Source: an uncultured Fibrobacterota bacterium (GTDB lineage: Bacteria; Fibrobacterota; Chitinivibrionia; Chitinivibrionales; FEN-1185). From it: 64,000 nt of DNA. Position 1 is the first letter of the stretch. Each line of letters starts with the position of its first letter. The translations under genes were made by a program, and so were the position numbers. Under the pieces are notes generated by a model that did not search any database, was not told the DNA's origin, and was given only the letters and a program-made list of their open reading frames with translations. Location: the NCBI GenBank assembly GCA_963753345.1, contig CAVWBU010000041.1, positions 128,001 through 192,000 on the forward strand, given 5' to 3'. This document shows positions 53,387-63,916 of the stretch, one piece after another.

Positions 53387-53980
53387 ATGGCACGATTCGC
53401 ACTCGCCTTCGCATACTACGTCTATAACACCATTGTCACCCGCGTTCCTGCATATGGGGTGCGGCACTGGTATTTGCGGACCGTGTTCGGCGTCCGCCTC
53501 GGCCCGGGAAGTTCCATCCACATGGGATGTTTCGTTACCGGCGGGAACATCACCATCGGAAAGAACAGCGTCGTCAACCGCAACTGTTTCCTTGACGGAC
53601 GCGCAGGCATCGACATCGGCGACAACGCGAGCATTTCCGCCGAGACGTGCATTATCACGCTCGGCCACGATCCCCGGTCTCCTGATTTCTCCACCACAGG
53701 CGAAAAAGTCGTGATCGGCGATTACGCGTGGATCGGCATGCGCGCGCTCATTCTGCCGGGCGTGCGGCTGGGCAGGGGCTGCATCGCGGGCGCCGGCAGC
53801 GTGGTAACCAAGAGCTTTGACGATTTCTCCATTGTCGCAGGCAATCCGGCAAAAAAAATCGGCCAGAGGCCCACGGACCTGCGGTACGACCCCCGATATT
53901 TCCCGTACTTCAACACAGACCTTGCGCCGCAACGGGCGGAGACCCAGCCCCGCCGCGCCGGTCCTCGGCTCCCGCCGTGA
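53387..53980 (+). CDS. Hexapeptide-repeat O-acyltransferase
   Basis: IGKNSVV, IGDNASI, IGDYAWIG..LPGV..GAGSVVTK..VAGNPA. Confidence 0.9.
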   Translation: MARFALAFAYYVYNTIVTRVPAYGVRHWYLRTVFGVRLGPGSSIHMGCFVTGGNITIGKNSVVNRNCFLDGRAGIDIGDNASISAETCIITLGHDPRSPDFSTTGEKVVIGDYAWIGMRALILPGVRLGRGCIAGAGSVVTKSFDDFSIVAGNPAKKIGQRPTDLRYDPRYFPYFNTDLAPQRAETQPRRAGPRLPP

Positions 53981-55215
53981 AGAAGCTCCTCGTTATTTCC
54001 CGCTTCTGTCCAAGCGACGCCGCCCGTTACGCGGGAAGCAAGACGCACAATTACTACCTGAAACGGCTGGCGCTGGACTTCGAGGTCAAGCTTATCTCGT
54101 TCACCGCGCCCAACGAGTGCCCTTCGTTCGACCTCAAGGATTACGGCATCGACCACGACGTTTCGCTCGTGGACGGCGGCCCGAAGAACATCCCCCTGTT
54201 TCTTCTTTACAACTGGTGGAACGCGCCGAACTATTTCGGAAAGACCCTCGGCCTCATCAACGGCTACCTCCGGCACATCCTTGTCAAAAAGCTCCTTGCG
54301 CTGCGCGACCGGAAGTACTTTCCCGACATTGTCCTGCTGGAATGGACGCAGATCCTTTTAATGGTGCGGGAGATCAGGAAGGTGTATCCGGCGGCCCTCT
54401 ACGTTGCCTCGGAGCACGACGTGACGTTTCTGCGCCTGAGGCGCCAACTTGCGGCGGCCCGCGGCTTTGCATGGATACGGGAGAAGCTCCGGTGCGAGAG
54501 TTGTGCCAGGGCGGAACTCGCATCCCTGCGGCTGGTGGACGTCATCGCGCCCCACAGCGCGGCCGACGGGAACCTCCTGGTCGCAAACGGTCTGCCCGCC
54601 TCGAACATCCGCACGATCGCCCCGTATGTCGCCGATTTCTCGACAGTCAATTACCGCCCTGCCGGCAGGCAGATCCTGTTCTACGGCGCGATGGACCGCG
54701 AAGACAATTACAAGGGGGTGATCTGGTTCATGGAGCGCGTTTTTTTCCCGCTCTTGCCCTTTTCCTACACGCTGTGCATCCTTGGGGGCTGCCCGCACCG
54801 GTCGCTTGACAAATACAGGTCCGAGCGCGTGGTTATCACGGGGTTCGTTGCCGACCTGCGGCCGTATTTCTCCCAAAGCCTGTGCATGGCGGCGCCCCTG
54901 CTCCTCGGCGCGGGGATCAAGGTGAAGGTGATCGAAGCCATGAGCGCCGGGCTTCCGGTGCTGGCAAACCGGGTCGCCATCGAAGGCATTCCGGCCGTGC
55001 ACGGCGTTCATTATCTCCATTGCGAACAACCGGGCGACTACAAGGAGGCGCTCGACGCCATCGCCGAGGGCCGCATCGACGGTGCGGCCCTTTCGAAGAA
55101 CGCCAGGGAGCTGGTCGCCGCGGCATTCAACAGGGACGCCAGCTACGCCTCGTACAGGGATTTCATCCTGTCAAGGTTCGAACAAACAGCTTCACCAAGG
55201 ACGGTGCGGCCGTGA
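53977..55215 (+). CDS. GT4-family glycosyltransferase
   Basis: [35 protein letters not shown]; overlaps both neighbours by GTGA. Confidence 0.88.
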   Translation: MKKLLVISRFCPSDAARYAGSKTHNYYLKRLALDFEVKLISFTAPNECPSFDLKDYGIDHDVSLVDGGPKNIPLFLLYNWWNAPNYFGKTLGLINGYLRHILVKKLLALRDRKYFPDIVLLEWTQILLMVREIRKVYPAALYVASEHDVTFLRLRRQLAAARGFAWIREKLRCESCARAELASLRLVDVIAPHSAADGNLLVANGLPASNIRTIAPYVADFSTVNYRPAGRQILFYGAMDREDNYKGVIWFMERVFFPLLPFSYTLCILGGCPHRSLDKYRSERVVITGFVADLRPYFSQSLCMAAPLLLGAGIKVKVIEAMSAGLPVLANRVAIEGIPAVHGVHYLHCEQPGDYKEALDAIAEGRIDGAALSKNARELVAAAFNRDASYASYRDFILSRFEQTASPRTVRP

Positions 55216-56246
55216 TCATCAGGTCCAAGGCCCCGCTCAGGCTGGGGTTCGCAGGCGGCGGCACCGACGTGAGCCCGTATTGCGATGACTATGGCGGCTA
55301 CATCCTCAACGCCACCATCGACATGTATGCCTACTGCACCATTGAAGCGACCGACACCGGCACCGTGTGCTTCCGCGCCGAGGACCGCAACGAACGCGCC
55401 GAGTTTTCCAGTATCCCGCGCCTCGACCTCAACGGCACACTCGACCTTCACAAAGGAGTGTACAACAGGATCGTGGAGGACTACAACGGCGGCAGGCCGC
55501 TCTCCTTTGTCATGACCACCTACTCCGATGCGCCCGCGGGCAGCGGTCTCGGGTCGTCGTCCACCGTGGTCGTCGCCATGGTCGCCGCGTTCGTGGAATG
55601 GCTCAATCTTCCCCTCGGCGAATACGACATGGCCTCCCTCGCCTACCGGATCGAGCGCCTCGACCTCGGGCTGGCGGGCGGCAGGCAGGACCAGTATGCC
55701 GCCACCTTCGGCGGCTTCAATTTCATGGAGTTCTACAGGGACGACCGCGTCGTGGTCAACCCGCTGAGGATAAAGGACGCAACGGTGAATGAGATCGAAA
55801 GCTCCCTGGTGCTCTACTATTCCGGCGCGTCAAGGGAATCGGCCGCCATCATCGGCGAGCAGATCGACAACGCCCGCGCGGGGAGCAAGGCCGCGGTGTC
55901 GGCCATGCACCGCGTGAAGAGCAACGCGCTTGCCATGAAGGAAAACCTTCTGCGCGGCAACATCGCGGAATTCGCGCGCTGTCTGACCGCCTCGTGGGAA
56001 TCGAAGAAAGGCATGGCGTCCTCGATTTCCAACGCGGCGATCGAGGAAGTGCTGGCATTCGCAAAAAACAACGGCGCGACCGCGGGCAAGGTCTCGGGCG
56101 CAGGCGGCGGCGGCTACCTCATGTTCATGGCCGACCCGGCGAACCGGCTCGCGCTCGCCAGGGCGCTCTCCGGCCTCGGCGGAAAGGTCGTGAGCGTGCA
56201 TTTCGAGCGCAGCGGCGTGCAGTCGTGGATTGCGGAGCGTGTCTGA
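55212..56246 (+). CDS. hddA: D-glycero-alpha-D-manno-heptose 7-phosphate kinase (GHMP family)
   Basis: [51 protein letters not shown] start at 55212. Confidence 0.9.
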   Translation: MIIRSKAPLRLGFAGGGTDVSPYCDDYGGYILNATIDMYAYCTIEATDTGTVCFRAEDRNERAEFSSIPRLDLNGTLDLHKGVYNRIVEDYNGGRPLSFVMTTYSDAPAGSGLGSSSTVVVAMVAAFVEWLNLPLGEYDMASLAYRIERLDLGLAGGRQDQYAATFGGFNFMEFYRDDRVVVNPLRIKDATVNEIESSLVLYYSGASRESAAIIGEQIDNARAGSKAAVSAMHRVKSNALAMKENLLRGNIAEFARCLTASWESKKGMASSISNAAIEEVLAFAKNNGATAGKVSGAGGGGYLMFMADPANRLALARALSGLGGKVVSVHFERSGVQSWIAERV

Positions 56247-56247
56247 C

Positions 56248-56946
56248 ATGGACGCGCTCGTGCTTGCCGGCGGATTCGGCACCCGGCTCCGGCCCCTTGT
56301 TTCCGGCGTTCCCAAGCCCATGGCGCCCGTGCACGGAAAACCGTTTCTCCATTACCTTGCGGCCTATCTGCACCGCAACAACGTTGCGCGGATCGTTTTC
56401 TGCGCGGGCTACCTGCACGAGGCGATCGAACGCTATTTCGGCAACAGGTATCTGGGCATGGACATCGGCTACTCGGTCGAGCGCGAACCGCTCGGCACGG
56501 GAGGAGCTTTTGTCAACGCATTGCCGCTCGTATCGGGCGACTGCTGTCTCCTTCTCAATGGCGATTCCTTTTTCAACGTTCCGGTCGCCGACCTTCTCGA
56601 CGCGCACCGCCGGCGTAAAGCGGACCTCACCATCGCGCTTGTCAAAAGGCACACCGGCGGACGCTTCGGGTCGGTGCGGATGCGGGAAGACCGCATTGTT
56701 TCATTCAAAGAAAAAAGGAGCACCGGCCCGGGGCTGGTGAACGGCGGCGTGTATGTGGTGCGAAGGTCCGTTTTTGACAAAACAGACCTTCCGCGAGCGT
56801 TCTCGCTGGAAAAGGATTTCCTCGAACAATACTGCAATCGCCTCCTGTTCACGGGCGTCGCGGGAGACGGCTACTTCGTTGACATCGGCGTTCCGGAAGA
56901 CTACCGGCGCGCCCAGCGGGAGTACCAACACCTTGCGACGGCGTGA
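56248..56946 (+). CDS. hddC: Heptose-1-phosphate guanylyltransferase-like nucleotidyltransferase
   Basis: LAGGFGTRL, PKPMAP, EPLGTGG, NGDS, NGGVY, FSLEKD, FVDIGVPEDY; follows hddA. Confidence 0.82.
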   Translation: MDALVLAGGFGTRLRPLVSGVPKPMAPVHGKPFLHYLAAYLHRNNVARIVFCAGYLHEAIERYFGNRYLGMDIGYSVEREPLGTGGAFVNALPLVSGDCCLLLNGDSFFNVPVADLLDAHRRRKADLTIALVKRHTGGRFGSVRMREDRIVSFKEKRSTGPGLVNGGVYVVRRSVFDKTDLPRAFSLEKDFLEQYCNRLLFTGVAGDGYFVDIGVPEDYRRAQREYQHLATA

Positions 56947-57953
56947 ACAACGGCGGGAAAACGTTCGCCGCGCCCGGAGATGATGCAATGACTTCTCCCC
57001 TTGTCTCGGTCGTGGTGCTCAACTGGAACGGCGCGTTCCTTCTCGCAGAATGCATCGATTCGCTCAAGCGTCTGTCCTACGCGCCCGTCGAAATCATCGT
57101 TGTCGACAACGGCTCCACCGACGGTTCGCTGGCGCTTTTGGAAAGCATTTCCGGTATATCGCTTGTCAAGAACAGCGCCAATTTGGGGTTCGCCGCGGGC
57201 ATGAACGCCGGCTTTGCGATTGCCCGCGGCGCCTATGTTGCGGCGCTCAACAACGACGTCACGGTCGCGCCGGACTGGCTCAACGACGCCGTTGACATAA
57301 TGGAACGCGATCCGTCGGTCGGCATCGTAAGCTCTCGGCAGATGAACTACGCCGACCGGGACATCATCGACTCGCTGTACTGCTACCTCCACAAGAGCCT
57401 CATCTTCTTCCAGGAGGGGTTCCGTGACCGGTTTCGGCCAGGCACCGCGCATGCCGCGCCCTCGCGCGTGCTCGGCGTGAGCGGGGCATCAACCTTGTAC
57501 CGGAAACGATTGCTCGACGACATGAAGGGGTTCGACGAGACGTTCGGCTCCTACCATGAGGAATCGGACCTATGCATGAAGGCATTCTGTGCCGGATGGA
57601 AATGCGTCTATGTCCCGACGTCGGTAGCGTATCACCGCAGGAGCGAAAGCTTCGGCCGGATCAGGGGCGCAATGTTCTACTACCAGACGCGCAACCGTCT
57701 CTGGTTCATCTACAAATATTCTCCGCTTTCCGCGGTTCTCACGAACCTCGGCTGGATCCTGTTCACGGAACTGCGAATCCTCCGCGTGGTGCTGTTCCGC
57801 GAGCGCGTGTTCCTCTCCTATTGCAAGGGCATCGCCGACGGGTTCGCCGGCATGCCCCGCCTCAGATACGCCCGGCGCGAAAACATGAAGAAGCTCGCGC
57901 AGCGTTACGCCGAATACCGGCTGTTGGTGAAGCGAAAAGCCATTCCGCTTTAA
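56943..57953 (+). CDS. GT2-family glycosyltransferase
   Basis: VVLNWNG, VVDNGSTDGS, NLGFAAG, LNND, GFDE..YHEESDL. Start is 56943 (GTG) or 56988 (ATG). Confidence 0.9.
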   Translation: MNNGGKTFAAPGDDAMTSPLVSVVVLNWNGAFLLAECIDSLKRLSYAPVEIIVVDNGSTDGSLALLESISGISLVKNSANLGFAAGMNAGFAIARGAYVAALNNDVTVAPDWLNDAVDIMERDPSVGIVSSRQMNYADRDIIDSLYCYLHKSLIFFQEGFRDRFRPGTAHAAPSRVLGVSGASTLYRKRLLDDMKGFDETFGSYHEESDLCMKAFCAGWKCVYVPTSVAYHRRSESFGRIRGAMFYYQTRNRLWFIYKYSPLSAVLTNLGWILFTELRILRVVLFRERVFLSYCKGIADGFAGMPRLRYARRENMKKLAQRYAEYRLLVKRKAIPL

Positions 57954-57964
57954 ACAGCCGCCCC

Positions 57965-58090
57965 AAGTAAACGACCACCGCCATAGGCGGTGGCTTTTTT
58001 TTGAAGCGGCCCATAGGTCGCGAAAAAAAACGGCACCTGTGCCGTTACGTAGCCGTCCAGCTCCCCCGCCACAGGCGGGGGTTTCTCTTA
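57965..58090. mobile_element. Putative non-autonomous IS200/IS605-type element (PATE-like)
   Basis: Two related terminal hairpins, CCACCGCC-ATA-GGCGGTGG and CCCCCGCC-ACA-GGCGGGGG, around a central AACGGCAC-CT-GTGCCGTT; no ORF and no TSD. Confidence 0.5.
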
Positions 58091-58205
58091 AAATCACGGC
58101 CGTAGGTGCAGCTACAAATCTTCATTCATGGTAGCTGGAAATGAAACGGGCGCGCAGTCGTTACGACGCGCGCCCGCAGCGCTATTGGCCCGCCGTAAAA
58201 ATCGG

Positions 58206-59793
58206 TTAAAAAGAATACCCGGGCATAAGAACGCCTTTCGCGACCAGCGCCTGCGCGGTACTCAGGACCACCTGGTCGGTTGAGGCATACAGGGTGTCTC
58301 CCGCATCCATGATCTCCGACTACGCCCGCGATGGTCGCGGAGTCGAGACCGCTGTAGCGAATGTCAACCCAGTTGAGGTTGTGCAGGTTTGCCAGCGACG
58401 GCGCACTCTTGATCGAGGAGCAGTAGTTTACGTTCAAATGCGTGAGCGACGTGAGCTGGGAAAGGTCGGTAACCGCGGAATCGAGCCCGCGGCAGCCGTT
58501 CAGGTTGAGGTACGCGAGCTTGGTGAGCCCTGCGATGGGGGCCAGCGACGTGATTTGCATGTTGTTGTGCGCGTCCAACCATTGGAGATTGGTGAGCGAC
58601 GAGAGCGTGGAAATGTCGGCGATGCCGCCGCAGTTGTTAATCTCAAGCCTGGTGAGATTGGCGAGCCCTGCGATGGCCGAAATGCTCGTGATGGCGTCGC
58701 CGTGCAGCGAGAGACACTGGAGGTTCGAAAGTCCCGCGACTGCGGAAATGTCGGAAAGGGTCTGCGAAAAAATGCTGAAGGTGTCGAGGGTTGTCATTCC
58801 CGTCAGGAACGCCAGCGTGGTGGTCGCGCAACCGTCGATGGTGAACGTCTTGATGCTCGACAGTCCGGAAAGCACGATGGTGTCGAGGTTTCCTGCAGCG
58901 CCGAGCGTAAGACTTTTAAGCCCGGGAAGCGTGGTGAGCCTGAGGGCAAGCAGCTGACCAAGATTAGAAAAATCAAGAGTGTCGATCACATCCATATTGG
59001 AAAGTGTGACCGATTTCACCGAGTCGGACATGCTGAAATCGATCATGTGCACTTTCGGCAGATTCGACAGCACGATCGACGGCAGCGCGTTGTTGGCGAT
59101 AAGGATGGTCTGAAGAACGGGAAGCCCGGAAAGTGCGGACACGCTCGTGGCCTTCATGCCGGCAATGCGGATCCACTTAAGCTTGGTGAGTGCGGAACAG
59201 GCCGAGTAGTCTTGAATATTGTTGGCCCAGCCGAGATCGAGCCAGGTGAGGTTCTTGAGGGTCGAAATGACCGAAATGTCGGTGACCCCGTTTGCGCTGT
59301 GGAGGCTGAGGCTGTCGAGCTTGGTCAGGTTTGCAAGCGAAGAAATGTCCGTGATTTGCCAGCAGCCCTCGAGGTCCAGGGTCATAAGATTTGGAAGGTG
59401 CGAAATGGGCGTAATGTCCTTTATCCCGAAGCAGTTGAAACAGAAGAGCTGGTTAAGGCTGTCGAGACCGGCCAGAGGCGAAAGATCGGTGACATTGTAA
59501 CAGCTGTTGATGCTGAGGTAATTGAGCTTGGTCAGATGGGACAACGGCGTGAGATCGGAAAACTGGTTCGAATCGAGCCAGAGCTTTTCGAGCGAAGTGC
59601 TGTTCTGCAGGAACGACAGGTCGTTCAGCCCCGCCCGTGCAAAATAACCGTAGACCTGCGTACCGACGCCGACCGTGTCGAAAATGAACGTTGAATCCCG
59701 TTCAACCTTGGTGGTCTGCGTGCATCCCATAAACTGGGTCGTCGCAGACATGAGTGGCACCAACAGAGCGAAGGTGACAAGGAGTTTTTTCAT
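58206..59793 (-). CDS. Internalin-like leucine-rich-repeat lipoprotein; probable frameshift at ~58315
   Basis: FMGC lipobox-like site; many ITDISSLANLTKLxxLxL repeats. Reconstructed C-terminus DAGDTLYAS..LVAKGV..YSF* ends at 58206; the ORF track reads to 58126. Confidence 0.85.
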
Positions 59794-59986
59794 TAAACCC
59801 TCCTAAGGAGATTAAGGTAAAATGGTACCTGCGAAACAGATGATTTCTCCGAGAAAAATCCCATAAATAATAAACAAATATATGTGCCACAGATCAGAAC
59901 AGGCAAGAGAAAAATTGATCCCGGCCGCAAGCAGTGCAGACAATTTGGTAGTATATTATAAGCTGTTTTGGAAGGGAGGGAGACCA

Positions 59987-61081
59987 GTGCGACCGCCGTG
60001 TCTGTTTTTGTCAATACTTCTTGCAGGCGCTTCGCTTTCCTGGCCTCAGGACAGCCTGTGGGCCCTTGTCTGGTCGGATGAATTCAACGCACATTTTCTT
60101 GATACCGCCTCGTGGAGCTACGACGTCGGCACCGGCGACAACGGATGGGGCAACAACGAACTCCAGTATTATACGCCGGGCAACAACCTCCTTTTTAACG
60201 ACACGTGCCTTGTCATCGAATTGCGCAAGGAAATCATGGGCGGGGCTCAGTATACATCCGCAAGGATCAACACCCGCAAAAAAGTGGAATTCATGTACGG
60301 AAAGATCCAGGCGCGGATCAAGGCCCCGTATTCACAGGCCGTATGGCCTTCATTCTGGACCCTGGGCACCGACTTCGAACAGGTCGGCTGGCCGGCCTGC
60401 GGTGAAACGGATATTTTCGAAATGGCCTGCGGCGAATATTATCCCGACAACCGGGGTGACAATACCAATTTCGCTGTTGTCCACTTCAATGACGCGGGCG
60501 GGTTTCCCGTGGAAAAGAAAGGATATGTTTCCCTCCCGACCAAAATGGCGGATGACTTCCACGTGTTCACGCTTGTCTGGGACCCGGATTCGGTCTGGTT
60601 CTTCTTCGATTCCGCCCTAGCGCCCTATTTCAAGGCTGAAATATCGGATGCGGGCATGGACGCGTTCCGGCAGCCGCACAGCCTTGTGATCGACATGGCG
60701 CTGGGAGGAACCGGTTTCGCCGGATTGCCCGACGGCTCCACCGTGCTCCCCCAGCGGCTCTATGTGGACTGGGTGAGGTGGTATCAGAAGAAAACCGGCG
60801 TGCTGGGTGAGGCCGGTCGGGGAAAGGCGGATGCTCCGCAGATTTTGCGTCTCACGTCCCGCGGGATCGTGGTGAACCTCACGCGACCGCAGGATGCTTT
60901 TGTCAAGATATACCGTTGCGATGGAAAGCTCGCGGCCGATTTGACAAGCGCTGTCCGCTGTATGAGTCCCGGCACCCACTTCGTTCCGACGGCCGGCCTG
61001 CGGCTCCGCAGCGGGACCTACCTTGTTCGATCCGGCGACGGCGGCAGGGCTGCAACGGCAAGGGTTTCGCTGATCCCCTGA
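59987..61081 (+). CDS. Secreted GH16 laminarinase-type beta-1,3-glucanase with a C-terminal CTD-like domain
   Basis: LVWSDEF, WGNNELQYY, YTSAR, WPACGETDIFE (ExDxxE), DDFHVF, VDWVR; GGAGG RBS before GTG 59987. Confidence 0.92.
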   Translation: MRPPCLFLSILLAGASLSWPQDSLWALVWSDEFNAHFLDTASWSYDVGTGDNGWGNNELQYYTPGNNLLFNDTCLVIELRKEIMGGAQYTSARINTRKKVEFMYGKIQARIKAPYSQAVWPSFWTLGTDFEQVGWPACGETDIFEMACGEYYPDNRGDNTNFAVVHFNDAGGFPVEKKGYVSLPTKMADDFHVFTLVWDPDSVWFFFDSALAPYFKAEISDAGMDAFRQPHSLVIDMALGGTGFAGLPDGSTVLPQRLYVDWVRWYQKKTGVLGEAGRGKADAPQILRLTSRGIVVNLTRPQDAFVKIYRCDGKLAADLTSAVRCMSPGTHFVPTAGLRLRSGTYLVRSGDGGRAATARVSLIP

Positions 61082-61129
61082 TAAGGGCGCTATCCGGTCC
61101 CGCGCTTCACTGACCTCCACAGCCCGCCG

Positions 61130-61164
61130 AAAAAGAAAGGCCCGCAAAACGGCGGGCCTTTCTT
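61130..61164. terminator. Bidirectional intrinsic terminator
   Basis: AAGAAAGGCCCGC-AAAACG-GCGGGCCTTTCTT between the convergent GH16 and GH3 genes. Confidence 0.8.
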
Positions 61165-61192
61165 AACATCCGCGAATCGGAAAATTTCAGGC

Positions 61193-63643
61193 CTAATACG
61201 TGAGTCCGAACCCGTACGGGAACAGCGGCGCCCCGCCGCTTCCGGTAAAATCACCGTAGGGCTGGCCGCTCGGACCGTAGGGCGAACCGACCGGAGCATT
61301 GGCGTTTATGGGATTCTGCGCAAGGGTGGCGGGCCATGTGTGAGAGAGTTTGCCCGTCGGCTTCTCGCCGTTTACGGAAAAGAGAATATCGGCAATACCC
61401 TCGCCTTCGGGTCCGGGCAGCCAGGCAGCCACCCATGCGGGAACCTTTGCAATATCGGGCGTTATGATAAGGGGACGGCCAGAATAAAGCACCACAACAA
61501 CCGGTTTTCCCGACGCCACGCACTGGGTGATCAAGTCCTTATGTGCCTGAATAAGTGTGGAAGGCTGTGTTGGGATGTCGCCGCCGCCTTCGGCATACGG
61601 CACCTCGCCCACGCAGACCACGATAACATTGGCGGTTGCGGGAATATTTGTTGCGTCCGCCGAATAGGTGGCGGTCGGGCACACTGCCTGAATAGCTCCC
61701 CGCAGGGTTGTTCCGGTAGGAGGCGTCCTCTTCGGGTTATCGTCCCATCCGCTCGGCCAGTCCATGCACCAGCCGCCGCACTGCATGTACATGTCGTCGG
61801 CAAACTCTCCGACAATATGGACGCTGGCCGTCGTGCTGATGGGGAGCGGTTTTGTCCCGTTGAACACGGAATCCTTGAGCAGGACGATGGACCTTCGCAC
61901 GCATTCGCGCGCGACCGCCGTGTGTGCGGGACACTTGATAAGAGGGAGATACGCGCGATTGGAAAGTGAGTTCTGCATCAGGTTGAGGCGCAGCTTGACG
62001 CGCAGGATGCGCTTGCACGCATCGTCGAGGCGCCCTGCAGCAGCACCCTGCACGGCGGTGTTCACCCCGCCGGGGCCTGCATTGTCGGGTTCCATGATGT
62101 TGTCAAGGCCGTCGTTGAAGCTGCCCACGATGTCTCCGCCGGATGCGTCCCAGTCGCCCACGACAAAGCCGTCGAATTTCCATGCGGTCTTGAGCGTGTC
62201 GGTAAGGAAGGGCTTGTTAAAATGCATGTAAACTCCCTGCCATTGGCACATGCCCGCCATGGTAGTTGCAAGGCCGTTTTGAATGGCGACCTTGAACGGC
62301 GGCAGGTGGATGCTGCACAAAATGTTTTCGGCATTCGCGCCCGAGGCCGTTGCGCAGTTGCCGGCATTGACGCCGCCCACCGCGCCGCCGCCTCCCGCAA
62401 AATGCTTGGCGGTTGCGGCCACCACGCAGGGTGCGGAAAGATCGGTGCCCTGGAAACCGCGAATCGCGCCCTTTACCATGGGAACCGTGCCGTCGGGAGA
62501 TTCATCCCAACCCTCGTAGTAACGTCCCCAGACAATGTTTCGCGGAACATCCACCACCGGCGCAAACGCCCAGTTGATTCCCATGCCGCGCAGCTCGATC
62601 GCGGTGATCCTTTCTTCCATTTCGGAAAGAAGCGGGTTGCGCGTGCATCCCATGCCGATATTATGGGGGAACATGGTGCCGGTCGGCGGAGAAATGAATC
62701 CGTGCACCGCATCAATGCCAACCATCTTCGGGGTGCCCTGGGATGCTATGGTGCCGGTTTGCCAGCTGTCCGACAGGTTGGCATTGTCCAGACACCCGGG
62801 ACCGCCGTTGCCGACGCCGTAGAATACGGTTCCCCAGGTGTTGGCAGTGTTGTACTGAATGCCCTGTGTTACCTGATTGGCTTTCCATTGAACGGTTTTG
62901 CCGTTCATTATCGAATCGATCTCACCTTCAATATCACGAGTGGCAATGGCAATGTCTCCCACACTTCCGGTGTACGCGTCAATGGGCTTCAATGCGGCGA
63001 AATAGTTGGTCTTTCCGGCCCGAATCGTGTCGATGCTCGCCAGTTTTTTCGGCGCCGGAGTATTCCACGTATTGTGGTCAATTGCGGTCATCGCGGTTCT
63101 GCCGAAGGTTCCTGAGTAAACGAGCGCCTTTGATTCGGCGGTGCGGCCGTTGGACACGCGCACCACGCAGGTCTGGTGCGCAACGCCCTGCTTCACGAGC
63201 GAAAACGGACTGAGCTGGTAGCTGCCTTTTGTCAATTGCCCGCTGAAGACCGTCTGGATCCTGCGGCCGTCGAGCGAAAAGAGGTCGACCGAGATCTTCT
63301 GCAGCTCCGGAACGTGAAACCGGATCATGTCGCCCTGGGCGGCGAGATCAAACGAGGAGCCGAGGATGGCGCTGCCGGCCTTCGGTCCGTTGATGACGCC
63401 CTGGGCGCAGTTGTACATTTGAAGATTCTTGACGTCCCAGTCGGTCGGCGCGATAAGATAGAAGGTGCCGTCGGTGCACGTGTATGCATAGACCAGCCTG
63501 TTGTTGATGTTCGTGTACATCACCATGGCATCGCCCACGGGATTGCCCGCACCGTCAACCACTCTGCCGGTCACCGCGGCGAAAAGCATTTGTGACGGAA
63601 ACAACACCCCTGCGAGAAACAGGAAGCAAAGACGCCTTACCAT
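61193..63643 (-). CDS. Secreted GH3 beta-glucosidase/exo-glucanase with the nested N-terminal module
   Basis: DAVHG, FPHNIGMG, WGRYYE, KHFAG, GFVVGDW, CGGW, GEVPYAEG, WLPGPEG, FPYGFGLTY. Confidence 0.93.
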   Translation of the reverse strand: MVRRLCFLFLAGVLFPSQMLFAAVTGRVVDGAGNPVGDAMVMYTNINNRLVYAYTCTDGTFYLIAPTDWDVKNLQMYNCAQGVINGPKAGSAILGSSFDLAAQGDMIRFHVPELQKISVDLFSLDGRRIQTVFSGQLTKGSYQLSPFSLVKQGVAHQTCVVRVSNGRTAESKALVYSGTFGRTAMTAIDHNTWNTPAPKKLASIDTIRAGKTNYFAALKPIDAYTGSVGDIAIATRDIEGEIDSIMNGKTVQWKANQVTQGIQYNTANTWGTVFYGVGNGGPGCLDNANLSDSWQTGTIASQGTPKMVGIDAVHGFISPPTGTMFPHNIGMGCTRNPLLSEMEERITAIELRGMGINWAFAPVVDVPRNIVWGRYYEGWDESPDGTVPMVKGAIRGFQGTDLSAPCVVAATAKHFAGGGGAVGGVNAGNCATASGANAENILCSIHLPPFKVAIQNGLATTMAGMCQWQGVYMHFNKPFLTDTLKTAWKFDGFVVGDWDASGGDIVGSFNDGLDNIMEPDNAGPGGVNTAVQGAAAGRLDDACKRILRVKLRLNLMQNSLSNRAYLPLIKCPAHTAVARECVRRSIVLLKDSVFNGTKPLPISTTASVHIVGEFADDMYMQCGGWCMDWPSGWDDNPKRTPPTGTTLRGAIQAVCPTATYSADATNIPATANVIVVCVGEVPYAEGGGDIPTQPSTLIQAHKDLITQCVASGKPVVVVLYSGRPLIITPDIAKVPAWVAAWLPGPEGEGIADILFSVNGEKPTGKLSHTWPATLAQNPINANAPVGSPYGPSGQPYGDFTGSGGAPLFPYGFGLTY

Positions 63644-63703
63644 ACTTCCCCCTGCCTGTTGAAGTGAGAAAGAAAAATCAAATTGTCCTCTGTCTCAGCG
63701 GAT

Positions 63704-63916
63704 TTATGTAGTTAAAATATGAGAAGGGAGCGGGTTCGTCCATATAATATAAGGAAAAAAAAAGGTTTTGCTGTGCTTATGTTCGTGGCCGGCGCTTTGT
63801 CCGCCGCACAAATTTATCACCTTGATCCGAGGCTTGTTTCTTGCATTGTTACCATCAACGTCGAACAGAGGGGCGATCTTGCGAAGGTCGGAGATTTTGA
63901 CGAAGCGGCCGCACAT
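63704..63916 (-). pseudogene. Truncated SOS-response-associated peptidase (SRAP/YedK) remnant
   Basis: Begins MCGRF..L..I..LF, the SRAP N-terminus with catalytic Cys2, then decays into AT-rich sequence after ~40 aa. Confidence 0.55.
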
